A stretch of 63,732 nt of DNA, filler included, from Choristocarpus tenellus KU-1152 (taxonomy: Eukaryota; Protista; Phaeophyceae): assembly GCA_964200185.2 (NCBI GenBank). It is 7 parts of 7 records of this genome, joined end to end, with 100 filler letters (N's around TTAATTAATTAA, not from the genome) between each part and the next. Parts side by side here need not be neighbours in the genome. Positions count along the whole stretch, not along the records: positions 27,604 to 54,447 come from CAXNAD020000160.1; 6 more parts are not named here. The stretch is one strand, 5' to 3'. Positions within the stretch are counted from its first letter, which is position 1. Each line of letters opens with the position of its first letter. The notes beneath the pieces were generated by a model that searched no databases, was not told the origin of the DNA, and saw nothing but the letters and a program-made list of their open reading frames with translations. The position numbers and the translations under genes are program-made. This document shows positions 38,567-52,300 of the stretch, in pieces.

Positions 38567-38842
38567 AAAACATAGTATACTAGAGGGGGGGTCACGGGTC
38601 CATTGGGTGTCTGAGTGACCCTGTAGTGATTGCCATGTCATTCGAGTAAACTTTGTCAGATGTAAGGGCATTTAAAAAAAATCTGAATGCACCTTCCTTT
38701 CCCATCCCCTTGCCTGAACCAAATTCAAAGGAAAATCACCCACAAAATGGGTATCAAATTGTGGTATCTTGTAGCACCTCATCACCAACCCCTGAATGGA
38801 TAACCTGGGTTAATCAACCCCCCCTCTAGTATACTATGTCCC
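38567..38842 (+). mobile_element. MITE subfamily C (TIR ACATAGTATACTAGAGGGGGG)
   Basis: Inverted termini of more than 20 bp with TTT flanks; the outermost left bases are diverged. Confidence 0.85.
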
Positions 38843-39482
38843 TTTCAGGAATATACACACCCCCTCGTGTTTCTTCAAATACACCCACCTGGAAGTATGA
38901 AGTGATTGCCCTCCTGATGACCTCATGTACAACCATTCATAACTTGCTGCTACCACTGGTGACAGATTTGCCTCTGAATGGTGGTGAGGACTACTCATGT
39001 GACAGAGGTTGTAATACTGCTTGTAGTAGTGGAGGCAGCAAGCAACCTCTCTTCAACATCAACCAATCTGTCCGTCACAGATGTCTACCTGAATATTAGT
39101 TGAATTGTATCTCAAGACACATTGCACGCACAACTGAAACTTCTCCTGGTCTGGCATTATGCAATCTAGAAACAATGGAAGAATCCCACAAGTCTGTCAA
39201 CAGGCCCCACCTCTTCGATGGACCGATGTATCTAGAGCTGCATTGTCCTAGAGGGGAGATTGATGCAGGGTCTTATCAGTACAATGGGCTTTCAAATCCA
39301 CTGGCACCTCCATTCTGGTGCCTGAAATCCAGCTTATCCCTGTCAGGAGGCTTTGGTTGTGCAAGAGGAAACAGTTGTCCACGCAAGCACCAAATTGCCT
39401 ACTAGTGTGCAAGGAGCACATGTGTTGGAAGGCAGTTAGCTCTATTTCCCTCTGTCCCACAGGTCTCGGCCGTTAAGTTGTA

Positions 39483-41083
39483 CCTCTTCAGGCTGGCCCC
39501 CGATTATAAAAATGACTTTTGTGTTGGATTCCTTGGAATAGGTTTTACTTTAAAACACTAAATTCCAAAGAATTCTACAATGAATTCTGTTCTGAAATGG
39601 TTCCGAAAGAATGGAACACAGAATGGGGCATCTTTTTATCATTTTTTAATGTTCCTGCTGCGGCGTGGAGCCACACAACACTCTCACAATCCACATGGCG
39701 AGCCCCCGCAGTCCATCATCCCTGGCACGAAGCCCACTGTCTCGGGGAAAGAACTGCGAGCTGACTGAGGAAGGTCAGATTACACACTTGGTCTGCATTA
39801 CGCATTGGCTCTTTCTCCGGGTCATGAGAGACTCCCAAGGGGTGTGGGGCCTAAATTGGCAAAGAGTTTGGAGTGAGAGAAAGATACCCTAGACAGGTGT
39901 GGGTGCATGTCAAAGAACAGATTAAATGGGGAATACCGTCTCCCTGAAATCACAAGTACAACCTGGACGGCTCTCGGACTTCACGCCAACAACAAAAGCG
40001 AAGATTTGGGAAATCAACGCCAGTAATCACATGCTGACTACCGACCAATTTTCCACCAAACTTGCCGAAGCAGGCCTCACAGTTGGCAGCTGAAAGCTTC
40101 ATCACTGACTCGAAGCCATGGAGGCAACGAGGGTTCAGTGGTGCATCACCCCTAGCCTTTCGTTTCTCACAAGAACAGGGTGGACTTCATCCTCAACCAG
40201 ATCTCTAGTAACCGCAAAACCTGTAGGACTGGCCTCAGCACCATTAACATCAACGAGGTGTAGTTCTACCTCATCTGCAAACAATAGATGGTGCGCATGT
40301 TCCCGGGGGAGGAAAAGGTGGGATCGATGATTTTGCAGTACAAAATAATATTCCCAAAGTGATGTTCATCTCCGCTGTTTTGTGCCCAGATCCTTCCATG
40401 ATTTCGACAGCAAGATCGAGATCTGGCAGGTTTGTGTTATGAAGGAGGTGCAATGGACTAAGTGTGGTACACAAAAGGTGAAGAGGACGAGGTCAACGTC
40501 ACCATTGACGCTGAATGGTACCTGGAGTGGTACACAGATCAGCTGTTGCCAATGATGAAGGAAAAAATGCTGGTTGGAATCAGGGGGGGCCTCCATTCAG
40601 TATGACGGTGCAATCCCACATATGGGTAAGGGCATGGTGCAGAAGCTGAATGTAGTAGGGATGGAGGAGGGACAGAACATTAAGCTCATGACACAGCCAG
40701 TGCAGTCGCTGGATCTCAACATTAATGATTGGGGGTTTCTTGCATCTCTGAAGAGAGGTGTTTGGGTGGAGCGTTAGGCCACCGTTGATGAACTTGTAGA
40801 GGGGGTTTTACGCATGTTCCACGTGTACGACACAGACACACTCAAGAGGGTGTGGCAAAGTCTGTTTAAGAGGTACAATCAGGTGTTAAGGGCGCTGAGG
40901 GGGAACGATTTCAAGGTAGAGCACACTGGGACCAAAGAGAGAGAGCGGGTTGGCTAGATCAGTTGCAGTAGACCAAGCAAGCGGCCTCCGTGGTGGCCCT
41001 GGATTGGTGGGATGATAGTGTCAAATATTCAAAGGAATCCAACGCAACCGTCTGTTATGTAATTGTTGGTCATCCTGAAGAGC
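39483..41083 (+). mobile_element. Tc1/mariner (plant-type DD39D) DNA transposon, pseudogenised, TA TSD
   Basis: TA-CCTCTTCAGGCTGGCC ... GGTCATCCTGAAGAGC-TA, with remnants PKVMFISAV, IQYDGAIPH and QPVQSLDLNINDWGF (compare QPPNSPDLNVLDLGFF). Confidence 0.88.
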
Positions 41084-41109
41084 TACAACATATTGACCCA
41101 GACATATGG

Positions 41110-44100
41110 GACAGAGGAAGTAGGCCCCTAAATACTCAGTGGCGCCCCTCAATAAGGAAAATATTGCTCCCAGCTTGAAGTGCGTAACTACTGTTACTAG
41201 AAATTACCACTTGTGTTGTTATGACCATCTGACGCAGGCATGCCTTCACTGCTCCCCTTCTGCTGAAACCCCCAGTTCCCCTATCACTCACATGAATAAC
41301 TACCTCATCCAGAAATTGCTCTGCCTGTTTGCCAAGACGATCACACCTTTCAATTTCGAATGTTGAGTTTAAACTATGAGGATCAAAAGAAAGGTACCCT
41401 GTAGCAGTTCTTTCTTGTGGCAATCATCTTGGATCTCAGCAAGTGCTGTATCCAGGAGGCCTTTTTCCTGGTAGGGAGTAGCGGCTGGGTTGGACAGTCC
41501 GCTGACTGGGATACCTCATCCGTGTGGAAAATCTTGTTGACACTGAAGGGACTTCCTCCTGTGTGCAAGGGGTGCCCACCCACCTGCAGGCACTGCCTAG
41601 TTGCCTGATGATAGGTATGTGTGTCCATGCCCAGTGTTGATGTCCTGCCTTCTTTATCCAGCCATAGCAGCAGTTGGACGGTGCTTCATCTACTCCCAGT
41701 CAGCTGACCATAAGGCGAAATTCTGGGGATAGAATTCACCTTGCTGGATCGGTTGAGCAGTTGCCCAAATTTCCACCCCTTGCCCGCACTGGTTCCTGTG
41801 ATGTGCTAAAGTCATAGTCGAAGAGTCCTTTTCAGGTCTTAGATATGCAGGGAGGTTCGCCAGCTCTGTGTGGGAGGCAGTGAAGTGGACCCTATTGAGG
41901 TGATAGATGATTTCTTGTTAGGCCTTTTCTCTTCTCCCTCCTGCATCATATGCTGCCAGGGTTTGGACTTATGGGTCTTGCAAGGGAGGGGCTTTAAAGG
42001 CCCAGTTTACCTTTCCTTGGCTGATGATGATAGTCGCTAGGTCCTTAGTGGCAGCCATTGTAGATATGATTGCATGGATTGACATTTCTAGAGTCTGTGC
42101 AACAGTAGGGCTGGAACAGATGGTCGCAGAAAATGCCTGGAGGGTCTGGAGGATGACTGCTAGCACTCCCACAAATGCTACATGTTGGTGATTGATCATG
42201 GAGGGCAGACCTAAACCTCCAGGTATATTGGCATATGAGCTTGGACATGCTGCTGGTGTGTCTCCAAGTGAAGACACTCCCATTTTCACACACCCCTTGG
42301 AAGAACTTGGTTGCCTTAGTCGAGTAAAACACCTCCTTGATCCTCTCAAGTGCTCACAAGATGTGATGTCTGCCTGCTGTCTGCCTGCTGCATGGTGAGA
42401 CTTGTTAGTTGTGATGGAGTGACCCACACCATATCGCCCAAACGGGGAGAGACGGACCAGGCTTCGAGGAGTGGTGCCACTTGCTTGTAGCTGGCTTCTG
42501 TGACCCAGAGCTCTCCACTCTCAACTATTTCTGCCATATTGGATTTGGACAAAGGTGTCTGCACCCACAACAGGTTACCCAAGGCAACGAAACCAGTAGT
42601 GTCTGGGGCAAGTTTGGTACCCTCCGTGGCTAGGAGTTCCAGCTCTGAATTGCAAAGGCTGGTGACCCTGAGGAGGAGACATGTACACCTTCCTACATTG
42701 AGGAGAATATCTATACGCTAGAGATCCACCTTGAGTTATTGAAAAGCTCCTACGGTACAATGGGATCAGCCACCGAAAATAATGCATGATAAGACCCCTC
42801 GGGACCACAAGATGTCTGGAGGTTCTTCAGTGCCTTGGAGTTCGCGAGACAGATAGGAGGGGGTCTAATTGGGTCAATTTGTTGTGCTCCTGACCTTAAC
42901 ATCAGGATTTCCCCCCCCCATTCATCCAAAGAGAGAGTTGCCCCAGTGAGTCTCTGTGGACCTTTACAGTGTAAGGTGGAGCCCTGGGAAAGCCTTTGCG
43001 AAGGTAGCAATAAGACACAGTAATGCGCTGTCGAATACATCATCTCCATCTACACTCAAGAACATTTCCCCACACCCAAACCGTGGACGGATTGTGTGCT
43101 CCACACCACTGAGAACACCAATAACTCCAAATTGACCTATACTCCTCAGTTGCTACTTCAAGTATGGATGCCAATCAGTGCAGAACACTTGAGCTGCATA
43201 CCCCATCCTGAGAGAAGAACCAAATGCAACCAGTTAGCTCTTTCTCCTCGTGGTAGAAAGTCTAGATACTCTATGGAGCTTCCAAAACTGAGGGGGAAAG
43301 AAATCCGGAGATGGCCAAGGAGAGAGGACACCATAAAATCCTTAAGAGAGTTTGATGAAACACAAAGAGATGCTCTCCCCATGCAGGTGGACAGAGGAAA
43401 GAAAGGGAAGTGTTTATGGAAAGTTGGCTGCATCGAGAAAAAATATGCAACATGAAGCCAAAATGCTGTGATGGAATGACGATTATAGGTTGTTCCAGGT
43501 AGAGCTATGGTGTAGGTTACCCTGGGTATGAGGGTGTGGTCAGAGGGGAATAGATTAGGGGGGGGGGGTGATCCAAGGGAGCACGGTCTTGTTCTGAATC
43601 AGAATCAAGGAGGTTTGGGTCCAAACTGGTGGAGAGGGATGGGATGGAAAAGAGCCCGAAGTTAGGATGGCGAAGGGAGCTAAGGTAGATAGGGTCCAAG
43701 TAGAATGTCTGTGTGGCTGGGGTTGGACTATGTCAAGAATATGCTTGACCATTTGTGAGAATATGATTTGAAGTAATATTTTATGTACGCACAGACAATA
43801 ATGCGGGACATTCGGGATATTTATAGGTGGGGTATTTGACCAGAAGTAATCGGCAGAATGTTAGAGTCGAAGTGTTTCTGACGTGTACTAGATAACTATT
43901 TAGTCATTTGGTATTCTGAGTCATTTACTGTAAGGCTTGGTGAACCCCATCTACTGATGGTGTCTCACTCTCTTCTCAACTGTGATCCAAGCTAATAAAC
44001 AATAATATAACTGGTTGTGTGGGATAACAGATCGTCAAGGACAGCTTGACAGACATTATGCTCAAATGTATCACACAAAGAGGAAGGAGAGATCTAGGCG

Positions 44101-44420
44101 CAACATGTGGTTAGTGGGATGGGGCATTGGGCATTGGGAACTAGAGAGGTAGAGGCCAGAGGTGCAGTCCAGGTAGAGGGGAGGCAAACCGGGAAGAGAT
44201 AGGATGGATTCATCAATCGGGGAGAGGCAGATAGAGCAATGCTCTGTGACAATGGGCAAGGGTCAGGTCCCATGCGGGACAGATTGATGTATCTGGTGGT
44301 TTCTCCAGTCGGGATGTTGACGCAAGTGAGATCTCCTGTGTCTTCCAGTGAGCTTTCAGTGTTGCTGACTCCTCCCTTTACGCTGGAAATATTTTTCTTG
44401 ATCCCCATGAAACCATCACA
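41110..44420 (-). mobile_element. CRE-like (RT plus restriction-like endonuclease) non-LTR retrotransposon, degenerate
   Basis: C-terminal SFDPHS..TFEIERCDRLGKQAEQFLDEV...VKACLRQMVITTQVVIS, GGLGL after the RT, a decayed GAQQ.DP RT motif near 42850-42900, FLPRGERANW, and an N-terminal C-x2-C at about 44230. The 5' boundary is uncertain. Confidence 0.72.
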
Positions 44421-44703
44421 ATCCCGCAGCCTCTATCAAACCCTCATAAGAGTTTCTGCTTGGTTCCTCAAAGCATCGTCAGGTGGTCCTCTGTTCCTGA
44501 AGACACTTGGAGCATGGTCAGCATACACTGTCTCGTAGTGCAAAAACATGATAAAATATTACATTGTGCACTATGACATAACGACATTGAACTAGCAACA
44601 GCGATGTATTCAGCAATCAGGGCTTTTCTTCAGTCCGGGCGGCAGATATCATGGCTGGGCTTGAGGGCATGCAAGCATTTGAAAGGTATGGTCAAGCCCT
44701 GGC

Positions 44704-44968
44704 CAGTCAAAGTATCTTAGAGGGTAGAGCCCCGGCCGATTGAGGACCAAAATTCAATATTGCGATTTTGATGTAATTTTGGCTATCGTGTTAGGACGTG
44801 CCAATATTCTTGTTCTGGGCATACGCATGATACCTACTCCAAAAAAGTATACATTTTACCTACTCCGAAACATTTCGGAGTAGGAAAATGTTACAAAAAC
44901 CCCGTGGGAAGCCAAGTACCAAACGGACAAACAGGGTAAAACTCGTACCCTCTAAGATACTTTCACTC
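44704..44968 (+). mobile_element. MITE subfamily A, TSD TGGC/TGAC
   Basis: CAGTCAAAGTATCTTAGAGGGTAG ... TACCCTCTAAGATACTTTCACTC. Confidence 0.9.
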
Positions 44969-46680
44969 TGACATAACTTTTTGTTTGGTACTAGCCACCT
45001 CACAGTACAACCATGTTGAAAAATGTTAACAGGAATTGACCCAGTCAATATGTCTCAATTTTTCAAATATATGAGGGAATAGCATGTTTATCATATATCC
45101 TCTCTTTCCTGTCGATGTGATGAGATAACCATTATTAGGATAGGACCAGGCCAGCTTTGTACCATCTGTGTTTCTAGGTAACTTCAGGTCAGTCTATGGC
45201 CTGGTCTGGATACAACATCTGACAGTCCTTACGTGGATATGTCAGAAACATTGGAACTAGTCCACCCTGTGGACTGGTCCCCTCTCATTTGCCCTTCATG
45301 TTGAACGGTCCTTTATATAATGCCCTAAATTTTCCAGTCTAAACATACACCAGTTATGCTCATTGTATTCAGTGAAATGTGAATCATGTCCACGTTATGA
45401 TATGAGAAAAAGGGCTATGTTGTCCAAGGTGTGTACTTATGGAGTGCTTCATATTCATTTGTAAAGATAGTTCTGTCGACTTGGATACAAACTTGGGTGC
45501 TGAGCAAATAATGCACAGTGTGGAATAATACCTGTGAACCCCGTACCATCAAAGTGATGTAATAATGTCCTGTCCATGATTATCACTTGGAACGACACGA
45601 CTGCAGCATGTGCTGTTCATCTCTTGAATGGTGACTATGATAACTGCTAACATTCAAGTACAAGCGATGCAGCACAGGATGAGAAGAAACACATGCATCA
45701 AGGAAGGCTTAGTGATAGAAACTCATGAGATATGAGGGCCCTATATATACATCTCTCATAGAGTGAATCTTCCGATAGTAGAGTTGGACAGGTACAATAA
45801 AACACATCAAATGAATGGAAGTACTTCCTCCATTCAGAATTTAATGTAGCATAACTTCTGCAAGCTCGGTTCTTGCCCAGGAACGGCCCACATGTGATAA
45901 ACCCTCTAGAAGAAATTTGTTCTCATATAGATTAGGAGGCGTGCAACGTTTGAGATGATGGGTTATCATGACTGTGGAAGATCACCAGTGCGAAGTCGAC
46001 CAAGTCGCATTTGATCGGCGTAAAAAACCCAGTGAAACTGTCAAATTGGGTGTTTATTAGGATGCGTAGGATGAACGCCCCCCTGTCGTTCAAGTGGCTT
46101 ACTCATCCCGCCTTCACTTGTCGTTCCTAATTCCTTAGCCCAGAAACCCAGACTCAAACACATCGACAAAGAACAGGATAGTTGCGCGATGCCTGGAGGT
46201 GAGAGAGCGTGATACTTGAATGCCTTCGGGGACGGTGGTGTCCATCGCAGAGGACTTAGAAATTTCCTGAATTACTGTGTTCCATCATCTGGTATGACAG
46301 CCAGATTCCGCAGGGTGAATTCATGGACCTTGTAAGACATTACAAGGGGTGATGCGACCACTTTGTAAGCACCTTCAACATTTGGGATGTCCCATCAGTA
46401 CACTGAATATCCTTCCACAAATGGGTGCCCAAAGTTGGGGTCTCCCTTGCCTTGTTGTGGGATCTGTGCAAGTGTGAGAAGGTCAACAAGGTCGAGTGGT
46501 GGATTAAGCCAGGCCTCTCAGTGCAGTAGAAAAAGCCAACTGGGTGGGTTTTGTCATCAGCCACACGCACAGGAGGGGGGGGAGTGGGGTACTGGTGGCG
46601 ATCAATATGAATGGGTGCATGTGGACGAGAAGTGGCTTTACATCCTCAAAGATTGGCAAGGTGTGTATCTGCACCCTACT

Positions 46681-47163
46681 GATCAAAGTATCTTAAAGGG
46701 TAGACCCGCGTCCGTTTGGGGACCAAATCCAATGTTGAGATTTTGATGTAATTAAGACTATTGTGTTAGGAAGTTTCAATATCCTTGTTCCGGACACACC
46801 TTTACATCACATACACATTTTACCTACTCCGAAACATTTTGGAAACCCAAAGGAAGCAAAGTCACAAACGGACAAACAGGGTAAAACTCGAAGAACCCTC
46901 TAAGATACATGGGCACAGAGAGTGAAAGTATCTTTTCCCCTGTTTGTTCATTTGGGGCTTGGCTTCCCATGGGTTTTTAGTGACATTGTACCTACTCCGA
47001 AATGTTTCGGAGTAGGTAAAATGTATACGTTAAGAAAAGGTGTTTCCGGAACAAGGATACTGACATCTCCTAACAGAGATAGTAGCCAAATTGCATCAAA
47101 ATTGCAACATTGGATTTTGGTCCCCAATTGGACGCGGCTCTACCCTTTAAGATAATTTGACTC
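46681..47163. mobile_element. Two adjacent, oppositely oriented MITE-A copies (46681-46910 plus; 46920-47163 minus, TSD AGA)
   Basis: Both align to the A consensus; removing the second restores the mariner RAQNKH. Confidence 0.88.
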
Positions 47164-47570
47164 AGAATAAGCATACATGTTCCTTGCAGCTGTGACCTGA
47201 CCTAGGAAGCTCTCCAATGGGTTGTGGTTCGATGGGAAAATCGGGATCTGGCCAATCGTGAACACTAAGGTTGCTCAGCGTTCCAGCAAACACAGCCCCA
47301 AGGGAAACAAGGTGCTTATGCCAGCTGCGGTGGATGGGAGAGGTACAAGAAGCTAATGATCGATGATATCATCCTGGCAATCAAGGCCCGCATGCCTAGG
47401 CCAGAAGGACACATTGTCTTTGTTCGGCAGGATGGGACAAAGCCATACACCAAGGGGGCGGGATCATGGAGTCAATTGAGGAGGCATCAGGGAACAACAT
47501 TTCATAGAGACCCAGCCAGCCGACTCACCTGACCTCAACGACCTGGGATTAATCTATTCCATTCCATCCA

Positions 47571-47817
47571 GGGTCAAAGTAAGTGAGAGGTACCCAGAGT
47601 TGCATTTTAAGGATGTAAGGAAATATGGTAATATTTGACTTATTTTCCAAAATGTACAGGATTTTTTCTGGATCGTTGAAATGTTTCAAACAATAGAGAA
47701 ATGAACCATCTTAAGTCAAATTTAGAACTTCATAAAAATATGGGTGAATTGCAATAGATTGAAAAACTGGCTTACAATCAAAACAAAATCCTGGGTACCT
47801 CTTGTTCACTATGACTC
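47571..47817. mobile_element. MITE subfamily D (TIR G[G/A]GTCA[A/T]AGT..AGAGGTACCCAG), TSD CCA
   Basis: Inverted termini; excision restores the mariner FHSIQQL. Confidence 0.85.
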
Positions 47818-49365
47818 CCAGCAACTGTAGGAAGACGTGGGAGTGACCAACACAGAGGAGTTGGTGAAGGTGACAATGGAGGTGTTCAATGTGTACCCCT
47901 GGAAGACACTAAAGTACATCTGGCAGAGCCTCTTTTGGAATTAAGTGTCAAGTGTGCTGGGATCTAAGGGTGATGCCTTAATAATTCCCCATCTTAGCAA
48001 GGAAATGGCTGAGAAGGCGGGCAAGCTCCCCCAAATGCCCGAGTGAAAGCAGCAAAATACTGTGCTGGAAGGAAGCTTTGTAAGGCTTTGGGGGGTATAT
48101 CATAGATAAGTGTAGGCTACTCCATTTTAGTTGAGATTTTGGTGTGCGACCTTTTATTATCTGCATAATTCACCCATAAAATATGAACATGTGAAAAAAC
48201 TTGCTTCTTTACCAGGGCTGCAAAAGTTACATCACATTTAATTCCAAGCAGAGGAAGTATAATCAGTAAACTTGGCAATAATTGCACTTCTCCAATAATA
48301 CTTCGTTGCACTAGGACTCCTCTTAGTTAATATGTGGCATATAAGGCAATGTACGATTAAATGTGGATAAACAACATTAACATGCACAACAACAGTTTCA
48401 AGTGTTCCAGAGTGTTACCTACAACCGGATAGCAACACCTGGGGTTCAACTTTGACAAAGTCCCTCCAAGTTAGCACTGGATGCACTCTGTCTGGATGCA
48501 TAACAAAAAACTCAACAAAAAAATTGTACCAGAGCTAAAAGGTAGCACACAATCAGATGTTTCCTCTCCCCAGCACAAACAAAAGGTGCACTTGCCCTTA
48601 AGTCATGGGAACTCAACTATGGCAGGTACTGTAAATGGGTATTTCCCTCCCCTCTCAAACAGAACTCGGAACAGTTGTGCACTGAGACAATACATGCTGA
48701 TGCTAAAACAAGGGGAGATATTGGGCAATACTGTACATACTCCTCATGCATAAAGCTCTGCAAAAAAAAAAGCTAAGATGGGTTCATTCATCATAATCCT
48801 TCCTAGGTGTCCATCACCTCCAAGGTCAATAGCAGTATGTCTTCTCCCTTCCCAAGGCCCAAAAGTAATTTCTGGTGTGGAGGAAGTGTTCAAAATAATT
48901 TCTTCCTGGTTCATGCACACAATGTCGTTACATCCATTGTCTGCCAGGTAAACCGGAAACACACAAGAGTATCCACACGCCTCCCTTCCTTGAGTTACGC
49001 ACTTCTTTCAGACAAAAAACTCCAAATCACATTCCACTACCAGTGATCTTCAAGAGTCACAAGAGTGACTGCATTGTTCACTGTGGAACAGGTACGCATA
49101 AGACATCTCAGGTTCCACCTTCAAACAACTCCACGCACAGCAGAAGTAGCTAGGTGAAACAATGGGATCAGCATCTACCATCATGACCCAATCTACCGCT
49201 CAGGAAAATCCTGCACCGGCACAACCGCATGCTTTAGCTGTAACAGATCACTTCTTCCCCTATTCCCTCTTGCTCTCGCCAAGCACATATTCTGCTTCCC
49301 ACTCCTCTTGAATGCCTGTACATGCATGTTTGTCGCATGCGCCTAAGAGTCAAATCGAATTTCCT

Positions 49366-52300
49366 TTATACCAAGGGCCTTGTGGTGTGTCCTCGAAGAA
49401 TCTTTCGTAGACGCTCCAAGCGGGCTCCCGTTTCTGTATCAGCAGTGGTGAAACCCCAAATCTAGCAGAGCAAGCATAGAGGTGGGTAAGGTGGAGGCAA
49501 GTTGGACATGGGCAGAGATACAAGAGTATGTAAAATGGGGGAGGGGGAGGAGGCTAGTCCTCAGTGGATGATCAACTGTATCTCTCAGCTGAGGGTAGAC
49601 CAATCCAATCCCGCCTCAATCACACCAGGGAGAGTATGCAGAGCACAACACAAGATGAGACCTAAACCATGTGGTTTCATAACCTGAAACTCTTGGAGCA
49701 AGATATACAAAGATCAACAGCTGTTTCGGGACAATGCACCTGGAAAGCACACAAAACATCCTTGTCTCCCAATTCCTGTCTTTCTAAGCTAATAAGTTAC
49801 CAAGAAAGGAGAAACTCTGGTTGTAAACTAACTTTGGACAAATTGCACAGACCCAACAGAATTATATGCTTGCTTCTTACTTCTATGGCAGAACAGAAAG
49901 CTAACACGGGAACATCTCAGTAATGGAGGTCAGGTTCTTCAAAAACAACTCTACCCCTTGAAGGACTAAAATATTCAGCACTTTCACAAGCCCCCAAATC
50001 ATTTCACAGCGGAAAAACAAGCAGTGCAGGCTCGTCCCTTTCCATCCACCGAGCCTCCCACAAGTCATCCCAAATACCCCAAAAGAGATTAAATGTCATA
50101 CATACACCCTTTTAGTCAGTGTGTTTACCTCGATGTTGCACACTTCGAATTCCTGCTTGGAGCAGAGGGGGGGATTATCAAATGTTCTGCACCTGGCAGT
50201 GGTTACAACAAGTAGGAACAAAAAACAAAAAAAAGCGTGGTGAACAGAACAGTAGTGGAAAAACAGGAGCTGGCCAAGTTCTATCGGAGGTCAACATTGG
50301 GGGCATGGGGAAAGACAACATGTACCGTACCGGTAGCATAAAGCTATTAGAGAGAAAGACTGCAAGCAGATAAGAGGCGGTTCTTGTGACAGCGAGGATG
50401 TTGTGGGATATGAAAGCCCAGAAGAACATGCACAACACCATCAAATTTACAACAAACGAGCACACTACATGAACAGAGTACCAAAATATCGCTTGGGCAA
50501 ATAAGAAACACGTCACAGATACAAATCTTCCTGGCTTTGGTATCACCCACACAAGCAATGTCAAGTACGGTATAGCCAAGGTTAGGGGTGGGGAAAGGTG
50601 AAGTATGGTATCTTGAAGCATATCTGTACAGGGAGCACCATGATACTAAAAGGTCATACATGCAACTTTAACAAAGTCTATGTTGTTTCTGGATAGGTTG
50701 CTCACAGTACAGACACACACAAAATCCAACAGACATCAAGAACGTGACCCCTTGATAAGCCCCATCTTCATTCTTACCCATTCCAAAACTGGACAACTAG
50801 GCAAGGGCCTCCATCAGGACATCTTTTTCTATCCATTCTGTGATGTATTGTTCAGATGCATATGTTTATGTCCTGAGCTCTGTCAAATTGCGCTGGCCCT
50901 ATGATTTTCCCCATCCCCACAAAACTCATAGTACCTTGCAAGTCATCATTACACGCACTCACATTCCTGTGCTTCCCTTCATGAAGTCCTCTCCTATGAA
51001 GAGGCCAAAGTTTCCTCCTCCCCCGCCCATGCCCAAGCTGTTGTCTGTACTGTACTGAAAGTAGGTGTTCATCCCTGACCATACATAACTTGTCACATCT
51101 CCATCCAAGAGGGCAATTTTCCTCCTCCCTCCCTTCACCACATTATGTCCCTCTCCTCCACCAAGATCTCTGTCTCTATCAAGGTCACCTGACCCTCTTC
51201 CATAGCCTTCACTTTGTACCACTCCTTTCTCAAGCATTGCCCTGTCTCCACAACTGGGAATGTTACCATCCTCTGACTCACTTGGAACAACCCCCTTCCA
51301 ACCTTCGCTTGTCTCTCCCTTCTCAGTCTCTTCCGCTCCCGTCATGCTCACAACCGCATCTCCCAAAGCAGAAGTGCCTGTTTGTACAGAGTCAGACCCT
51401 GCATTGGTCAGCTTCCTGACTCCAGATATTCTGAACAGAAAGCTTTCACCTGTGCCATAATACTGGGGTGGGAGGGGGTACAAATGAAACAGAAAAAGAG
51501 GGGATGGTTCAAGCATTAAACATCATGTAAGACAAGAGGGGAGATGAGACTGGGGAGGGCAACAAGGATCGCACTATAGGCACGCAGTGCTATTACCAAC
51601 TTGGATAGGGTTGGGGGCTGGTTTGTGTTGGTGGCACAGTTAAACAGATATGAAATCATACAGACAGCAATTTTGAGTATATAATTCAAAACGTACAGCG
51701 ATAGACTTCATCTTGTCATATCGTCTCCCCGATCCTGCATATTCTAATCAGAAGTTGAATCAGCATTTCAGCAGTGACCCCCGCCCCCAAAATAGCCCTA
51801 TCCCTGGTAAGGTTAGGAGAGGAGGAACAAGCAAAACGAAGCTGTTGTGACAACACAGCGGTCTAAGAATGTGTATGCTGAGTCAAAGTATCTCGGTGGG
51901 TAGAGCCATGTCCGTTTGGCGACCAAAATCCAAAGTCGAAACGTTGATGTAATTTTGGCTATTGTGTTTGTTAGGAAGTGTCAATATCCATGTTTCAGAC
52001 ACATCTTTTCATAGTGTATGCATTTTACCTACTCCAAAACATTTCGGAGTAGGTAAAATGTCGTAAAAAAAAAAATGTAGGAAGCCAGGCCCCAAATGGA
52101 CAAGCGGGGAAAAATTCCTACCCTCTAAGATACCTTCACACTGCTTGTAGGGGAGGGTTGCAATGCAAAGCGCAATGTTGGGGGTGTTTGCACATGGGCT
52201 GCCGAATGAAACTCATTGTACACTATATTCTTCATACTAGAGGGAATTTAAAATGCCACTCTCAACAACACAGAAGTCCAGTGTGCTATCATACTGAGCA

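Larger units (their letters stand above)
45960..48176 (+). mobile_element. Second DD39D mariner relic, interrupted by three MITEs
   Basis: WVHVDEKWLY, MFLAAV, WFDGKIGIWPIV, RQDGTKP and QPADSPDLNDLG. The ends are approximate. Confidence 0.8.

Noticed and set aside
37700-49100. Additional plus-strand gene from exon-like pieces (e.g. 38849-38958, 48807-48947, 49011-49091)
   Set aside because: The splice signals are plausible, but I could not build a recognisable protein or a consistent phase chain; RNA-seq is needed.
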